Of a DNA stretch of 64,000 nucleotides, positions 34,949 to 44,532 are shown in pieces. Where the stretch lies: IMG/VR virus record IMGVR_UViG_3300045988_087149, positions 1-64,000 of that record. One strand, written 5' to 3'. The stretch comes from a virus. Under the pieces are notes generated by a model that was given only the letters and a program-made list of their open reading frames with translations, was not told the origin of the DNA and searched no databases. The translations under genes and the position numbers were made by a program. Position 1 is the first letter of the stretch, and every line of letters starts with the position of its first letter.

Positions 34949-35132
34949 GCAATTTCTTTAATCTCTTTAAACATTCTGGACAAAGCCAAAATTTAGCTTT
35001 ACTATCATACGCGATTGCAGAGTTAAACTCATATGCACCGCATACTGAGCATATTCTTGCTGGCGCACCACAAATCTCGCTTACTGGAACAGACGATTTG
35101 AAAGTACATTCTTTTAGTTCATGGTGGTTCAT
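34926..35132 (-). CDS. hypothetical Zn-ribbon protein
   Basis: 68 aa; CGAP..CSVCG and CPEC cysteine pairs. Confidence 0.45.
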   Translation of the reverse strand: MNHHELKECTFKSSVPVSEICGAPARICSVCGAYEFNSAIAYDSKAKFWLCPECLKRLKKLLDKSTES

Positions 35133-35482
35133 TTTTCATCCTCCTTCTCCATCAATTTATTCACAGCATCAACAAGTTCGTTGATTTTATTCAAAATATC
35201 GTCGCTTACTGTTCGCACAAGATGATTGTCCGATTTGATTGCATTGGCAAAAATATGCCTGTTGCAATCACTGATTGGCTCAATCTTCTTCTTTTCTTTC
35301 TTAGTGAAATCATATGCACCAATACGAACAAAATATCTATCTTCTTGTGGCAAATAATAGCCACAGCTATTATTGTTCTTATCGACAATTACAATATAGT
35401 TATTATCTTTAATGTCAGAAATCCAACCAACAAAGCCACCTACTGTCTCAACATAATCTCCTACATGAAATTCATAATTCAT
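35129..35482 (-). CDS. hypothetical protein
   Basis: 117-aa ORF overlapping its neighbours. Confidence 0.45.
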   Translation of the reverse strand: MNYEFHVGDYVETVGGFVGWISDIKDNNYIVIVDKNNNSCGYYLPQEDRYFVRIGAYDFTKKEKKKIEPISDCNRHIFANAIKSDNHLVRTVSDDILNKINELVDAVNKLMEKEDEK

Positions 35483-35803
35483 TTAGTCATCGTCCTCCTT
35501 TTCACATCTTTCACCAAGACCACCTAAAATCATAGCATAAATTTCTAAGAATTTATTGGTAATACCAGTGGTAATATTAGCCATATTAGCCATTGTTCCA
35601 TCATCTTTTGACCAATCCCAACCATGCCATGCACATTCACTCTGCCAGTAATCAAGATAGAAAATCTTGTCATCATATAGCTTTTCGATGATTGGCTTTA
35701 GATCAAGTAGATTATCTCGCACACCTGTCATAGTAACAGGCTTATAACCATTATCGTCAATCAGCTTGTTAATTTTGTCAGCAGAATAAGCAAATGGGTT
35801 CAT
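35483..35803 (-). CDS. hypothetical protein
   Basis: 106-aa ORF. Confidence 0.45.
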   Translation of the reverse strand: MNPFAYSADKINKLIDDNGYKPVTMTGVRDNLLDLKPIIEKLYDDKIFYLDYWQSECAWHGWDWSKDDGTMANMANITTGITNKFLEIYAMILGGLGERCEKEDDD

Positions 35804-37953
35804 TTAATTAACATCTCCTTTAATTCAGTTAATCTATTTTTCTCCTCTTGCACCTTTAATCCCTCTTGAATAGCCGCCTCATCTCCAATCAATATTAGTC
35901 GCTCTTGTGCGCGTGATACCGCTGTATAGCACAAATTACGGCTTAGCATCTTCACATGGCTTCTATCAATCACCACAATTACAGCCTTTGCTTGGCTACC
36001 TTGGCAGCTATGAATAGAAATTGCATATGCCAGCAACGTGTTTTTGATATGCGCCTTGTCAACGATGCAATCGCCGCAATCATATCGCACAATCATATAT
36101 GGCTCTTTTTCATCAGGCACAATTTCCATCACTGTGCCAATATCACCATTTGCTACAAAAGCCGTATTATCATCAACAAGCGGCATAGCATAGTCATTCT
36201 TTTTATTGATTACCTTATCGCCCACCTTGAAATAGATAGGCGTATCATTGACAGTATGCCCAACCTTGCTTAATTCATTTGAATTGAATTTGGCTTGAAT
36301 CGCCGCATTGATAGCCAATGAGCCAACATCGCCCTTATTGAATGGTGATAGAATCAGCACATTATCCTTACTATATCCATCTGCTAATAGCCGCGCATAC
36401 TCTTGTTCAATTTGCTTGATTACTAATGTATCAGTTTCAACGAACTTATAATCTGTGAAAGTATCTGTAAGATGGTCATTTACTCCATTTCGTACATCAG
36501 TAGCTATGGTAATAATGCCAGATGTGTTATATCTGAACACCTTAGTCAAGTTACATACAGGAACGATGCCGCTATCAAGCATATCTTCAACAATGTTGCC
36601 ACAAGCAATAGATGCAAGCTGAGATGGGTCGGCTATGAAGATAATCTTTGTGCGATCAGTTACTTGGTCAAATAACATTGATAGCAAATGGACGCTAACC
36701 ATGCCCATCTCATCAATTAGCACATAATCGCCTAGATTATCGCCACAAGTCAAGAACATATGAATCGTGCTTGCTTCACGACCCGTTGCTTCTCTTAGTC
36801 TCTTTGCCGCAATTCCAGTTGGGGATAAGAGGGTATAAGTATAATTATTGGCTTCTAGCATCTCAATGATTGCCTTGGTTGTAGCCGATTTGCCCGACCC
36901 GGCGCTCCCCGTTAACATCATTACATCCTGCTTACAAGCCATCTCAAGAATCTGCGCTTGTTCATCAGTCAGCTCTAAGCCGTCTACATTTGTAAACTTC
37001 TGCCAATCCATAGGATAATAATGTGGATTGGCTATTTTTTTCTTGATAACATCAGCAATATGCTGTTCAGCACTATATGTGGCTTGTAGAGACGTATTTT
37101 GGCTAGACGCGTCATAGTGTACTTGTGCCGCTTTCGTCACAACATCGAGGAGATGATGGACGCATTGAGGGGCTTTGCGCTTGACCATATCAAACAGCAT
37201 TTTGGCTTGCATCCTTGTATTGCCGTCTAGCTCATTATGCTTTAGGGCAGATATAGTAGCCGCCTCACATCGTTCATAGCTATCTAGCCATTGACACGTC
37301 TTTTTGGTTATGGCTCTATCAGCCCTATCAAATGACCACTCAAGCAAGTTAATCATAACAGCATATGGATTGGCGTTTATATCCTTGCTAAACCCATATA
37401 CATTTTTATATGTCGCGGCGATTTTGTTTATGTCCTCATCATGCTCAATGCCCCAAGCATATGTTTCGCCCATAAATTCAACACGCTTATTGATTGTCTT
37501 GATTTTATCAATATATCGGGGCAATAGCACTTTGCCTACGCCACGAATTTTTTTATAGTCCAGCTTGTCGGCTTCACCATTTAGCACCATACTGACAAAA
37601 TGAGAATATGCGGCATGACATGATTCAGCTTGCCCATTGGTCATTAAGCTGCGTAATGTCTGCAATTCTGCTTTTTCTGTCAGGTTGAATTTTCCATCTT
37701 TAGCTACAAATCCAGCAAAGCCAATGAATTTATAGCTATATTTGTATTTATCATCCACACATGGCTCTATGATACAATCAATAGATTGCCCCATTTTCAG
37801 ATCGGCAATACCAGTTCCTTTTAGGCTGATTGTACCATATTTAGGATGGGTTTCTATTGTTTCGTCCTTAGTGCTGCATGATATAATCGAGAAATTGGAT
37901 TCAGGATTATTGAATATCATGCGCATTGGGGTTAATTTTACTGTTTGCATCAA
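35800..37953 (-). CDS. RecD-like (RecD2/SF1B) DNA helicase
   Basis: Walker A LTGSAGSGKSATT, Walker B YVLIDEMGM, SIHSCQGSQAKAVIVV, TAVSRAQERL. Confidence 0.8.
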   Translation of the reverse strand: MMQTVKLTPMRMIFNNPESNFSIISCSTKDETIETHPKYGTISLKGTGIADLKMGQSIDCIIEPCVDDKYKYSYKFIGFAGFVAKDGKFNLTEKAELQTLRSLMTNGQAESCHAAYSHFVSMVLNGEADKLDYKKIRGVGKVLLPRYIDKIKTINKRVEFMGETYAWGIEHDEDINKIAATYKNVYGFSKDINANPYAVMINLLEWSFDRADRAITKKTCQWLDSYERCEAATISALKHNELDGNTRMQAKMLFDMVKRKAPQCVHHLLDVVTKAAQVHYDASSQNTSLQATYSAEQHIADVIKKKIANPHYYPMDWQKFTNVDGLELTDEQAQILEMACKQDVMMLTGSAGSGKSATTKAIIEMLEANNYTYTLLSPTGIAAKRLREATGREASTIHMFLTCGDNLGDYVLIDEMGMVSVHLLSMLFDQVTDRTKIIFIADPSQLASIACGNIVEDMLDSGIVPVCNLTKVFRYNTSGIITIATDVRNGVNDHLTDTFTDYKFVETDTLVIKQIEQEYARLLADGYSKDNVLILSPFNKGDVGSLAINAAIQAKFNSNELSKVGHTVNDTPIYFKVGDKVINKKNDYAMPLVDDNTAFVANGDIGTVMEIVPDEKEPYMIVRYDCGDCIVDKAHIKNTLLAYAISIHSCQGSQAKAVIVVIDRSHVKMLSRNLCYTAVSRAQERLILIGDEAAIQEGLKVQEEKNRLTELKEMLIK

Positions 37954-38210
37954 TCCTGTTCCTCAACGAGCAGTTGTTCCCATCTATCAATAATAATCTC
38001 TATCAGCTTAGTTGCACCAAATGCTGGTTCCCAGCCCTCATTATACATTGCTTCAAACCCAGTGCAATCGACAAATGTAATCCAACGATATTTGCTTGTT
38101 GCCACCTTAAATTCACTACTACCTGTTACGCTTACATTTGCTTTTAGCAAGCTATTACAGATATAACATACAGCATCAAGCCATGCCTCATAGGTCAATA
38201 CGTCTTGCAT
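37950..38210 (-). CDS. hypothetical protein
   Basis: 86-aa ORF. Confidence 0.4.
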   Translation of the reverse strand: MQDVLTYEAWLDAVCYICNSLLKANVSVTGSSEFKVATSKYRWITFVDCTGFEAMYNEGWEPAFGATKLIEIIIDRWEQLLVEEQD

Positions 38211-38459
38211 TTATGATTCCCTCCAAGCGTCATAGATTTCAATGGCCGGTTCATAGCCTTCAGTGCTGATAATAAGCTCCTGATGAAGGTCGAGACTCAA
38301 ATTGACAAGTTGCTTCAAAGAATTGATATGAATATACGTTCTGATATTTCTGCACTTATCTTGCTTTTCATCCAATTCATATTCATTGAGCACGGGATAA
38401 TTCTTTCTAAGATCATTAAGCGTGGGATAAGATTCAGTTTGATGAATCCAGATTTTCAT
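38211..38459 (-). CDS. hypothetical early protein (IEIYDxYRE C-terminal motif family)
   Basis: 82 aa; first gene after promoter 38493-38521; paralogue of 58729-59013. Confidence 0.45.
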   Translation of the reverse strand: MKIWIHQTESYPTLNDLRKNYPVLNEYELDEKQDKCRNIRTYIHINSLKQLVNLSLDLHQELIISTEGYEPAIEIYDAWRES

Positions 38460-38492
38460 AATTAAAACAACCTCCTGTTCTTTGATAAATCA

Positions 38493-38521
38493 AGTATATC
38501 ATAGAATTAGGAGGTTGTCAA
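38493..38521 (-). promoter_or_regulatory. consensus sigma-70-type promoter
   Basis: - strand TTGACA (38521-38516), 17 nt, TGa-TATACT (38498-38493). Confidence 0.7.
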
Positions 38522-38541
38522 TACCCTATTTTAATTATTTT

Positions 38542-39354
38542 TTATTTCCAATTCGTGCCAATTTTCCCGTCTGGATGAATGATAATATTTGAATATCCGT
38601 CTCCATATTCGTTGTGTCGTTGTTGCCACATATCACCTAATGTAACCCTTGCGTGTTTTCCATTATAGTCAAATGTTGCATATACAAAGAAATCACCAAT
38701 GCGGAACGTATGTATGTCAATATCGTCATCGTTTTGTAAGTCGTTCCAAATCTCTATTGGATAATCTTTCTTTTCCAAGCCACTTAGGAAACGGAATGAG
38801 AAATTATTTGCATCCATTTTCATATATTCTTTGATACTTGTAATTGTTGGGTTGTCCATTATAGTCTGCACTGTGCATCCGGGGAATTTTGATGGGTTGC
38901 TTGACACATAATCATTTCGAGATAGGTTGATATGCGCCAGTCCGTTCAAATCAGCATTAAATCCAGCGGTGTTAATCGAACAAAATGTATTATTGCTATT
39001 TTCGGCATATATTTTTACTACATTTTCAATGTGTTCTGGGTAAAGACCGGGTTCGCCACCAGTTATTGTCAATCTTGCATTGGGATGTTCTGCTAATACT
39101 TGTTTTAGCGCTTCGATTTGCGCATTAAAATCATTGTTCCCAGACATTGGATTTTGTCGCTCTAAACAAAACGGGCAATGGAACGGACATTCTTGCGTTA
39201 CAATCATTTGGACGTTGATTCGATAATATAGCGGGATTCCCAGTAATGTACGCGCAGTTCTAGTTGCAATCCGATATTGTAAATCATCGTTCATTTCAGT
39301 TCTGATGTCATCATAAGAAAATATGCGCGGAATATAGCTTAATTTTCTACTCAT
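38542..39354 (-). CDS. radical SAM protein (NrdG-like activase or other modification enzyme; atypically long)
   Basis: CPFHCPFC (CxxxCxxC) cluster motif and TITGGEP. It has a ~130-aa C-terminal extension with no motif recognised. ATG at 39354 after a GGTGA SD (the track uses the TTG at 39360). Confidence 0.7.
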   Translation of the reverse strand: MSRKLSYIPRIFSYDDIRTEMNDDLQYRIATRTARTLLGIPLYYRINVQMIVTQECPFHCPFCLERQNPMSGNNDFNAQIEALKQVLAEHPNARLTITGGEPGLYPEHIENVVKIYAENSNNTFCSINTAGFNADLNGLAHINLSRNDYVSSNPSKFPGCTVQTIMDNPTITSIKEYMKMDANNFSFRFLSGLEKKDYPIEIWNDLQNDDDIDIHTFRIGDFFVYATFDYNGKHARVTLGDMWQQRHNEYGDGYSNIIIHPDGKIGTNWK

Positions 39355-39398
39355 ATACAATCACCACTTTCATAATTTAGTATTTTCCTCTTGATTGT

Positions 39399-39427
39399 AT
39401 TATATCACATATTGTTCTGTCTGTCAA
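39399..39427 (-). promoter_or_regulatory. consensus sigma-70-type promoter in front of the radical SAM gene
   Basis: - strand TTGACA (39427-39422), 17 nt, TGa-TATAAT (39404-39399); overlaps the 3' end of ORF 39405-39596. Confidence 0.7.
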
Positions 39428-39596
39428 TCATTTTCTTTAATTCTGCAAACAGCTCTTTACCACAAATAGGGCAAGTAGAATTTATGTCAACTATATATTT
39501 TTCATCTACCATTAAGCCGCAATTTGGGCATTTGACAGGAGCATATTTTAGGGGATGCTCAGTCCGTTTGCGACGATTTCTTTCTGCTCTGCTCAA
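39405..39596 (-). CDS. hypothetical Zn-ribbon protein
   Basis: 63 aa; CPNCG ... CPICG; overlaps the PAPS-reductase-like gene end by 38 nt. Confidence 0.4.
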   Translation of the reverse strand: MSRAERNRRKRTEHPLKYAPVKCPNCGLMVDEKYIVDINSTCPICGKELFAELKKMIDRQNNM

Positions 39597-40656
39597 TTTC
39601 TTCCTTCTCCTTATATTTTACTCTATATTCATCTCGTTTGGCTTCATCGCCATCATTCCACCATTTGACATTAATATAGTCTAACACTTTAGCCATGCCA
39701 AGTCCTTTATCAGGAATCCACATACCAGAATCATCATATTTGCCACCACGCATACAGTAGTCGTAGAGTTGAGGGTGGGTATGAGCTAATGTTTGAAATT
39801 TGTTAGGCTCTTTTTCAAGGTGACAACCGAACCCACAAAAGATACAACCTGTACGCTTTTGTTTGGTTGTAGTATATACACCATCCTTTTCTACAATATC
39901 ACCATAGATTTCTTTGACATAGGGGATATTATATTTGACGATATAATGTAATATATCTGATTTAGTCCAAAACGATAATGGATTGCTGGTTGGTCTATCC
40001 TTGTCAAATGCGTTACAACCAAACTTGAGCCAATTCGATTCACGTTGAGCGCTCTCGTCTGTCATAGTGCCGATAAATGGATGTAAACCAGTTTCATGCT
40101 CAAATCGTTTTGATGGATTTTTCTTCATTATATCGCAACATTTATCACTTACTGGAATATAACAAGATGGCTCGATAAACTTGAGCCATTTTTTAGAGAT
40201 TTTCCCACGGTTATATTTGTTCCCATTAAGCCGAATTTGCTTTAACCGTTCGCTTTTAGCTGTTCTATATTCTTGAATAAATGCAGCTTGCTCTTTACTG
40301 ATAATGGGATAACCATATTTTTCAATGACCTTAGCAAATGATACATGATGCCATATCTTCATTTTTCTATCGTAGAGCGCTGGCTTTAATACAATAACAT
40401 TTGGCTTATCCATGATGAAATCGCGTAATTCAGGATATTCAAGCCCTGTATCGCAATAGACATCTGGAACATCTGGATATAATGAATGAACAAGATGACT
40501 AAGGACGGTAGAATCAACACCACCTGAGTTTGAAATATATACATCTCCGTTCCAATGCTCATACCATTCTTTGATTCGTTGTTTAGACGCAATAATCTTT
40601 GCCTCTAGCGGCAATGCTTGCTTTTGTCGCAAATCGCCAATGGTCATTTTACTCAT
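39559..40656 (-). CDS. PAPS reductase-family (PP-loop ATPase) protein with a Cys-rich C-terminal extension
   Basis: SNSGGVDSTVL PP-loop, YCDTGLEYPEL, and C-terminal CIFCGFGCH cluster (DUF3440/IbrA-like layout from memory). Confidence 0.7.
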   Translation of the reverse strand: MSKMTIGDLRQKQALPLEAKIIASKQRIKEWYEHWNGDVYISNSGGVDSTVLSHLVHSLYPDVPDVYCDTGLEYPELRDFIMDKPNVIVLKPALYDRKMKIWHHVSFAKVIEKYGYPIISKEQAAFIQEYRTAKSERLKQIRLNGNKYNRGKISKKWLKFIEPSCYIPVSDKCCDIMKKNPSKRFEHETGLHPFIGTMTDESAQRESNWLKFGCNAFDKDRPTSNPLSFWTKSDILHYIVKYNIPYVKEIYGDIVEKDGVYTTTKQKRTGCIFCGFGCHLEKEPNKFQTLAHTHPQLYDYCMRGGKYDDSGMWIPDKGLGMAKVLDYINVKWWNDGDEAKRDEYRVKYKEKEEIEQSRKKSSQTD

Positions 40657-40662
40657 TTAGAC

Positions 40663-40788
40663 TCATCCCCTCCAACCCCAGCCATCCAAACTATTTGCCA
40701 TACAAGCAATAGCAGCTACTACGAATAGCGCCCATCTGTTGCTATAACCACGCAGAATCAGTGTGTATAGCACAACAGATGTAACCAT
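40663..40788 (-). CDS. possible small membrane protein (41 aa from the ATG; 53 aa if the TTG at 40824 is used)
   Basis: MVTSVVLYTLILRGYSNRWALFVVAAIACMANSLDGWGWRG fills the 164-nt gap between the RecJ-like and PAPS-reductase-like genes. Its stop overlaps the SD region of the next gene. Confidence 0.3.
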   Translation of the reverse strand: MVTSVVLYTLILRGYSNRWALFVVAAIACMANSLDGWGWRG

Positions 40789-40820
40789 ACTAATCGCTTT
40801 AGTCCATTTTCTCAGATTAC

Positions 40821-42302
40821 TCAATTAAAATATTCGCTCCAATCAATTTCATTTTCTTTCTTATCAATAATCTCATATCGCTCAATAATAGCTTGAGGTT
40901 TAATCTGTCCATTATATTCATTTAATCCAAGTGATACTACCACCTCTATGGATTTACCTTGAGATGATTCAAATTGGCTTGCTTCTTCATTACTAACAAA
41001 GAATTTGATGAACTCAATGCCGTCCTGAATCAGTTTAACAGTAGTTGAGCGATTACGATAAATATAGATTTGAGGGGATGACAGGACTAGATGGAATAAC
41101 GGCTTGTTTACATCCTTGCCCCATAGAATATTATTTTCCACACACACATTTGCAAGATTGTGTGTGATATTATTAGGCTCGATTTGAGCCGCTACCTCAA
41201 TATCTGGCTCTACATCCAAATCAAGCCCATCTAAAAATCGTGCAAATCGCTTGAGGTTTGATTTCTTGACGGTGATACCGGCTGCGGCATCATGCCCTTG
41301 GCATTTAGCCAATCCTGATTCATTGATAATCTCAAGCAAATCAATAGGACTACGCATCGAGCCAGACCATGTTGTGCTGTTTAGCTCTCTCAGCAGGAAT
41401 GTGGGCTTATTATATTTACCACAGAATTTATTGGCTACAAGCCCTAAATAGGATTTATTCTCAGGTTCACCAAAACCGATAATGACCTTATGAGACGTGT
41501 CAAGCCCATCTGACAACTTATCTACGACCTTCTTGACCTGATAATCCTGCTTGGACTTTACAGCTTTCATAGCCTTCACAGCGGCTTCTGGCTCAATCTT
41601 GCCAATTAGAGCATCAAAGAATAAGCGCTTAGTGGACTGGTCATCACTACGAGCCAGCGCATTAGCAAGTGGTGCAATGCCAAATGCTACACCTTCTGGA
41701 TTAACGCCGCGATTGCAACAATGCTCTAAGCAGTATTTGATAAATGGATTAGTTGGATTGGTCAAGCCATCATATACATATTTACGATTCTCAGGTGAAT
41801 GTAAGCTGCAAATATCAGATATCAAGCTAACAGCTACTAGGTCTTTGAAGGATTGATTTGAGCCAAGCGCACAAGCAAATTTTTCTACAACGCCTGTGCC
41901 GCTAATGTCTGTATTGATATTTGGCGCATTATCAGCTCGATATGGATTGATTACAACAGCGTGTTTATTCTCTTGTTCGATGATGTGATGGTCAAGAACT
42001 AAACAGGTGCATTTATACTGTTCAAGCTCTAAACAAGCGTCGTTCTCGTTAGAGCTTGAATCGGGCAAGATGAGAAAATCAATGTGAGCATCAATAATAT
42101 CTTGCATTAAGTCCTGAATCCCGTGTTGTTTTCCAGAATGGAATAGTACAATCGGCTCTTTCTTTTCAAATTCCTTACATAGCAAATATGCGATTGCCGC
42201 TGATAAGTTGCCATCCCCATCAGAATCGGTAACAATACCAATCTGAATATTATCATTAGCATACTTGAACATATCAACAGCTACATCCATATTCTTATAC
42301 AT
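40821..42302 (-). CDS. RecJ-like DHH-family phosphoesterase/exonuclease
   Basis: DHH motifs GIVTDSDGDGNLSAA and LVLDHH. An RecJ-like open frame continues 43 codons upstream of the first ATG (to 42431) without any ATG/GTG/TTG. Confidence 0.65.
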   Translation of the reverse strand: MYKNMDVAVDMFKYANDNIQIGIVTDSDGDGNLSAAIAYLLCKEFEKKEPIVLFHSGKQHGIQDLMQDIIDAHIDFLILPDSSSNENDACLELEQYKCTCLVLDHHIIEQENKHAVVINPYRADNAPNINTDISGTGVVEKFACALGSNQSFKDLVAVSLISDICSLHSPENRKYVYDGLTNPTNPFIKYCLEHCCNRGVNPEGVAFGIAPLANALARSDDQSTKRLFFDALIGKIEPEAAVKAMKAVKSKQDYQVKKVVDKLSDGLDTSHKVIIGFGEPENKSYLGLVANKFCGKYNKPTFLLRELNSTTWSGSMRSPIDLLEIINESGLAKCQGHDAAAGITVKKSNLKRFARFLDGLDLDVEPDIEVAAQIEPNNITHNLANVCVENNILWGKDVNKPLFHLVLSSPQIYIYRNRSTTVKLIQDGIEFIKFFVSNEEASQFESSQGKSIEVVVSLGLNEYNGQIKPQAIIERYEIIDKKENEIDWSEYFN

Positions 42303-42426
42303 CTCAGGCGATTGATATTCAATACTCTCAGGATTTAGATATGCGTCAACATCGGCTATGCTACAAGCAGATAAATATTCCCTTAAAAATGTGGCTTCAT
42401 TAATGGAGCCAAGTAGTGAATGAATC

Positions 42427-42699
42427 TTAATCTAAATCACCATCCTTTTCTGGCAGATTAAAATAAGCCCACCAATCGTTAGAAAAATATATTGGCCCAA
42501 TGCCGCCATATTTGCTTTGCCAAGATAGTCTTTCTTCTATTTCATCCGTACCTGTACGCGAATCATGAACCGTGACATCAACCTTTACATATCTGCTTTG
42601 CGCAATATAATCTTGCCCACTGCGCGGTTTATATGTAAGTACCCATTCACCTATTGGAGGTAAATCAGATTCATTTACGACTCTATGCCATTCAATCAT
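42427..42699 (-). CDS. hypothetical protein (DUF551-like W..V...LP pattern)
   Basis: 90-aa ORF. Confidence 0.45.
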   Translation of the reverse strand: MIEWHRVVNESDLPPIGEWVLTYKPRSGQDYIAQSRYVKVDVTVHDSRTGTDEIEERLSWQSKYGGIGPIYFSNDWWAYFNLPEKDGDLD

Positions 42700-43097
42700 T
42701 CTTTCTCTCCTCCAATCTTAAATGGCCTGCCTTTCTTAGCTCTAAGATAACCAGAGCGATATGCTAGAGCAATGGCTTTAATTACCTCGTTCTCTCGATA
42801 ACATCTTACTTTCTCCATACCATCAAATCCCATAATAACGGGCAAATTGAATTTGATACAACCATTAAATACAGAATTATCCAGTTTTGGTTTGAGCATG
42901 GTATAGATTTCATCATCTGAAACATCTGGAAGTTCTTGATATAACGCCAAGCTAACAAGACTAACGACAAAACCACTATCATAATTTGGTGGAATTTTAA
43001 CAAAAGCGCTATTATGTCCGATTGATGCAATACACCCAAAATATACATTTGGCGTATCAACAGGTGCTACTTTATCTCCTACTTTGAATTTACTCAT
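42696..43097 (-). CDS. hypothetical protein
   Basis: 133 aa; AAGGAGG SD; first gene after promoter 43131-43159. Confidence 0.45.
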   Translation of the reverse strand: MSKFKVGDKVAPVDTPNVYFGCIASIGHNSAFVKIPPNYDSGFVVSLVSLALYQELPDVSDDEIYTMLKPKLDNSVFNGCIKFNLPVIMGFDGMEKVRCYRENEVIKAIALAYRSGYLRAKKGRPFKIGGEKE

Positions 43098-43130
43098 AAT
43101 AAAATCAACCTCCTTATTGTTGATATAGCA

Positions 43131-43159
43131 ATTATATCATAAAGAGGTTGATTTGTCAA
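43131..43159 (-). promoter_or_regulatory. consensus sigma-70-type promoter
   Basis: - strand TTGACA (43159-43154), 17 nt, TGa-TATAAT (43136-43131). Confidence 0.75.
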
Positions 43160-43168
43160 GTATTAAAT

Positions 43169-43483
43169 TTATCTGAATGTCGTGCCATCCCAAGGATTAT
43201 ATTCATAACCGCAATGAGGGCAATAATTAGCTTCAACTAATTCATAATGCCAACCACATCTAGCACATGCCCCATACCATGAACCATCTGTATTGCGTTG
43301 GTGCTTCCATTTTAGCTTTGACTCATATAACGGCTTATATGCACTGCATAATTCTCTTCCTTTATCACTACATGCGAATGGTTCTTTTACAGCCCAACAT
43401 TCATTGACTGTTATATCTCGCATTTCACCACTTGCCCATCGTCTATATATAACCTCATGTGCATACTTACATGGTGTTCTCAT
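43169..43483 (-). CDS. hypothetical Zn-ribbon protein
   Basis: 104 aa; CARCGW...CPHCG. Confidence 0.45.
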   Translation of the reverse strand: MRTPCKYAHEVIYRRWASGEMRDITVNECWAVKEPFACSDKGRELCSAYKPLYESKLKWKHQRNTDGSWYGACARCGWHYELVEANYCPHCGYEYNPWDGTTFR

Positions 43484-44532
43484 ACTCTCACCCTACTTTC
43501 CCACAATTTCATTGCTTGTTCATATGGTATATCCATCATATTGAATTTATACATATCATAGCCTTGATTGTTATATACTATAGAATAGTTGAAAAAGGGC
43601 TTTAATTTAGCTGCCAACTTCTTCATCTTGACAACAAAGAACTTAAATTCATCATCACCGACTTGCTTATAATCGTTATCCATACACAATACGACATCAT
43701 TCACGCCTAACTCTAATAATAGCTGTATATGCTGTCTACTGATGTTAGAGCCAAAGACGGCTAGAGCATTATCTATACCATATTGGGGTGACTTGAGTAC
43801 GCTTTTTTCTGATTCAAATAGCACTACTTGACGCGACTTTTCAATAGCGGCTTTATTTTGGTCATAGCCATACATGACTTGTGATGTTGCCAGCTTTAGC
43901 ACTGTCCCATCTAGCGTACATATTGGTCTATACTTGCCCTTGGCCACATCCTGTTCTCTTGTATATCGCCCCCTTACGCCTACTAGCTGTCCATTAAATA
44001 GGACAGGTATGGAAATACACGCTTGCCGTGCATACCAACCTATACCAAATTCATCAAGTATATCCGCTGAAATACCATAATCCAGCCATTCTTGCGGATA
44101 TAAATGGTCAAATAGGGATAATATGGACTTATCATATGTCAAGAGCTTATCTGGCTCTGGCTCGGCATTAGGTAGAAATCGGCGCAATTCAGCCCAATTA
44201 TCAAGTTGCTCATTCTGCTCTATTTGTCCTACTTGTAGATGCAGGACTGAGCAGATATATGACACAGCTTGATTGAAGTCAAGATGCTTGACGTGCTGAA
44301 CTAGAGATATGGCATCGCCTGAAAAGCTGCAACTCCAACAATGGAATGAACCAGATTCTATATAATACCACAATTTGGGCTTATGTTTATCCCAATCAGC
44401 ACCCCAATGACAAATTGAGCCAAATATCAAATTGTTGCTATCAGCCTTCATCAATGGCGCACCTAGAGCATTCATTAACTCTATAATGCGGTCATCGGTT
44501 AGCTGAGATTTGAGAGATGTGATGTCAATCAT
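43480..44532 (-). CDS. dnaG: DnaG-type DNA primase
   Basis: CHC2 zinc finger (CHWG...FHCWSCSFSGDAISLVQHV) and TOPRIM (VVLFESEKSVL, CMDNDYKQVGDD). The start was moved to the ATG at 44532 (MIDITSLKS...), which has an ATGA overlap with the upstream small ORF. Confidence 0.75.
   Translation of the reverse strand: MIDITSLKSQLTDDRIIELMNALGAPLMKADSNNLIFGSICHWGADWDKHKPKLWYYIESGSFHCWSCSFSGDAISLVQHVKHLDFNQAVSYICSVLHLQVGQIEQNEQLDNWAELRRFLPNAEPEPDKLLTYDKSILSLFDHLYPQEWLDYGISADILDEFGIGWYARQACISIPVLFNGQLVGVRGRYTREQDVAKGKYRPICTLDGTVLKLATSQVMYGYDQNKAAIEKSRQVVLFESEKSVLKSPQYGIDNALAVFGSNISRQHIQLLLELGVNDVVLCMDNDYKQVGDDEFKFFVVKMKKLAAKLKPFFNYSIVYNNQGYDMYKFNMMDIPYEQAMKLWESRVRV

Noticed and set aside
38505-38521. 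GGAGGTTGTCAA strings on the + strand (also near 49401 and 59061) that look like SD sequences
   Set aside because: No + strand start codon or ORF follows them. Read on the - strand, they are the TTGACAACC(T/G)C... -35 regions of early promoters.
39347-39373. Eight-codon upstream ORF (MKVVIVYE) overlapping the start codon of the radical SAM gene
   Set aside because: It is too short and has only a mediocre SD. It cannot be distinguished from chance without ribosome profiling.
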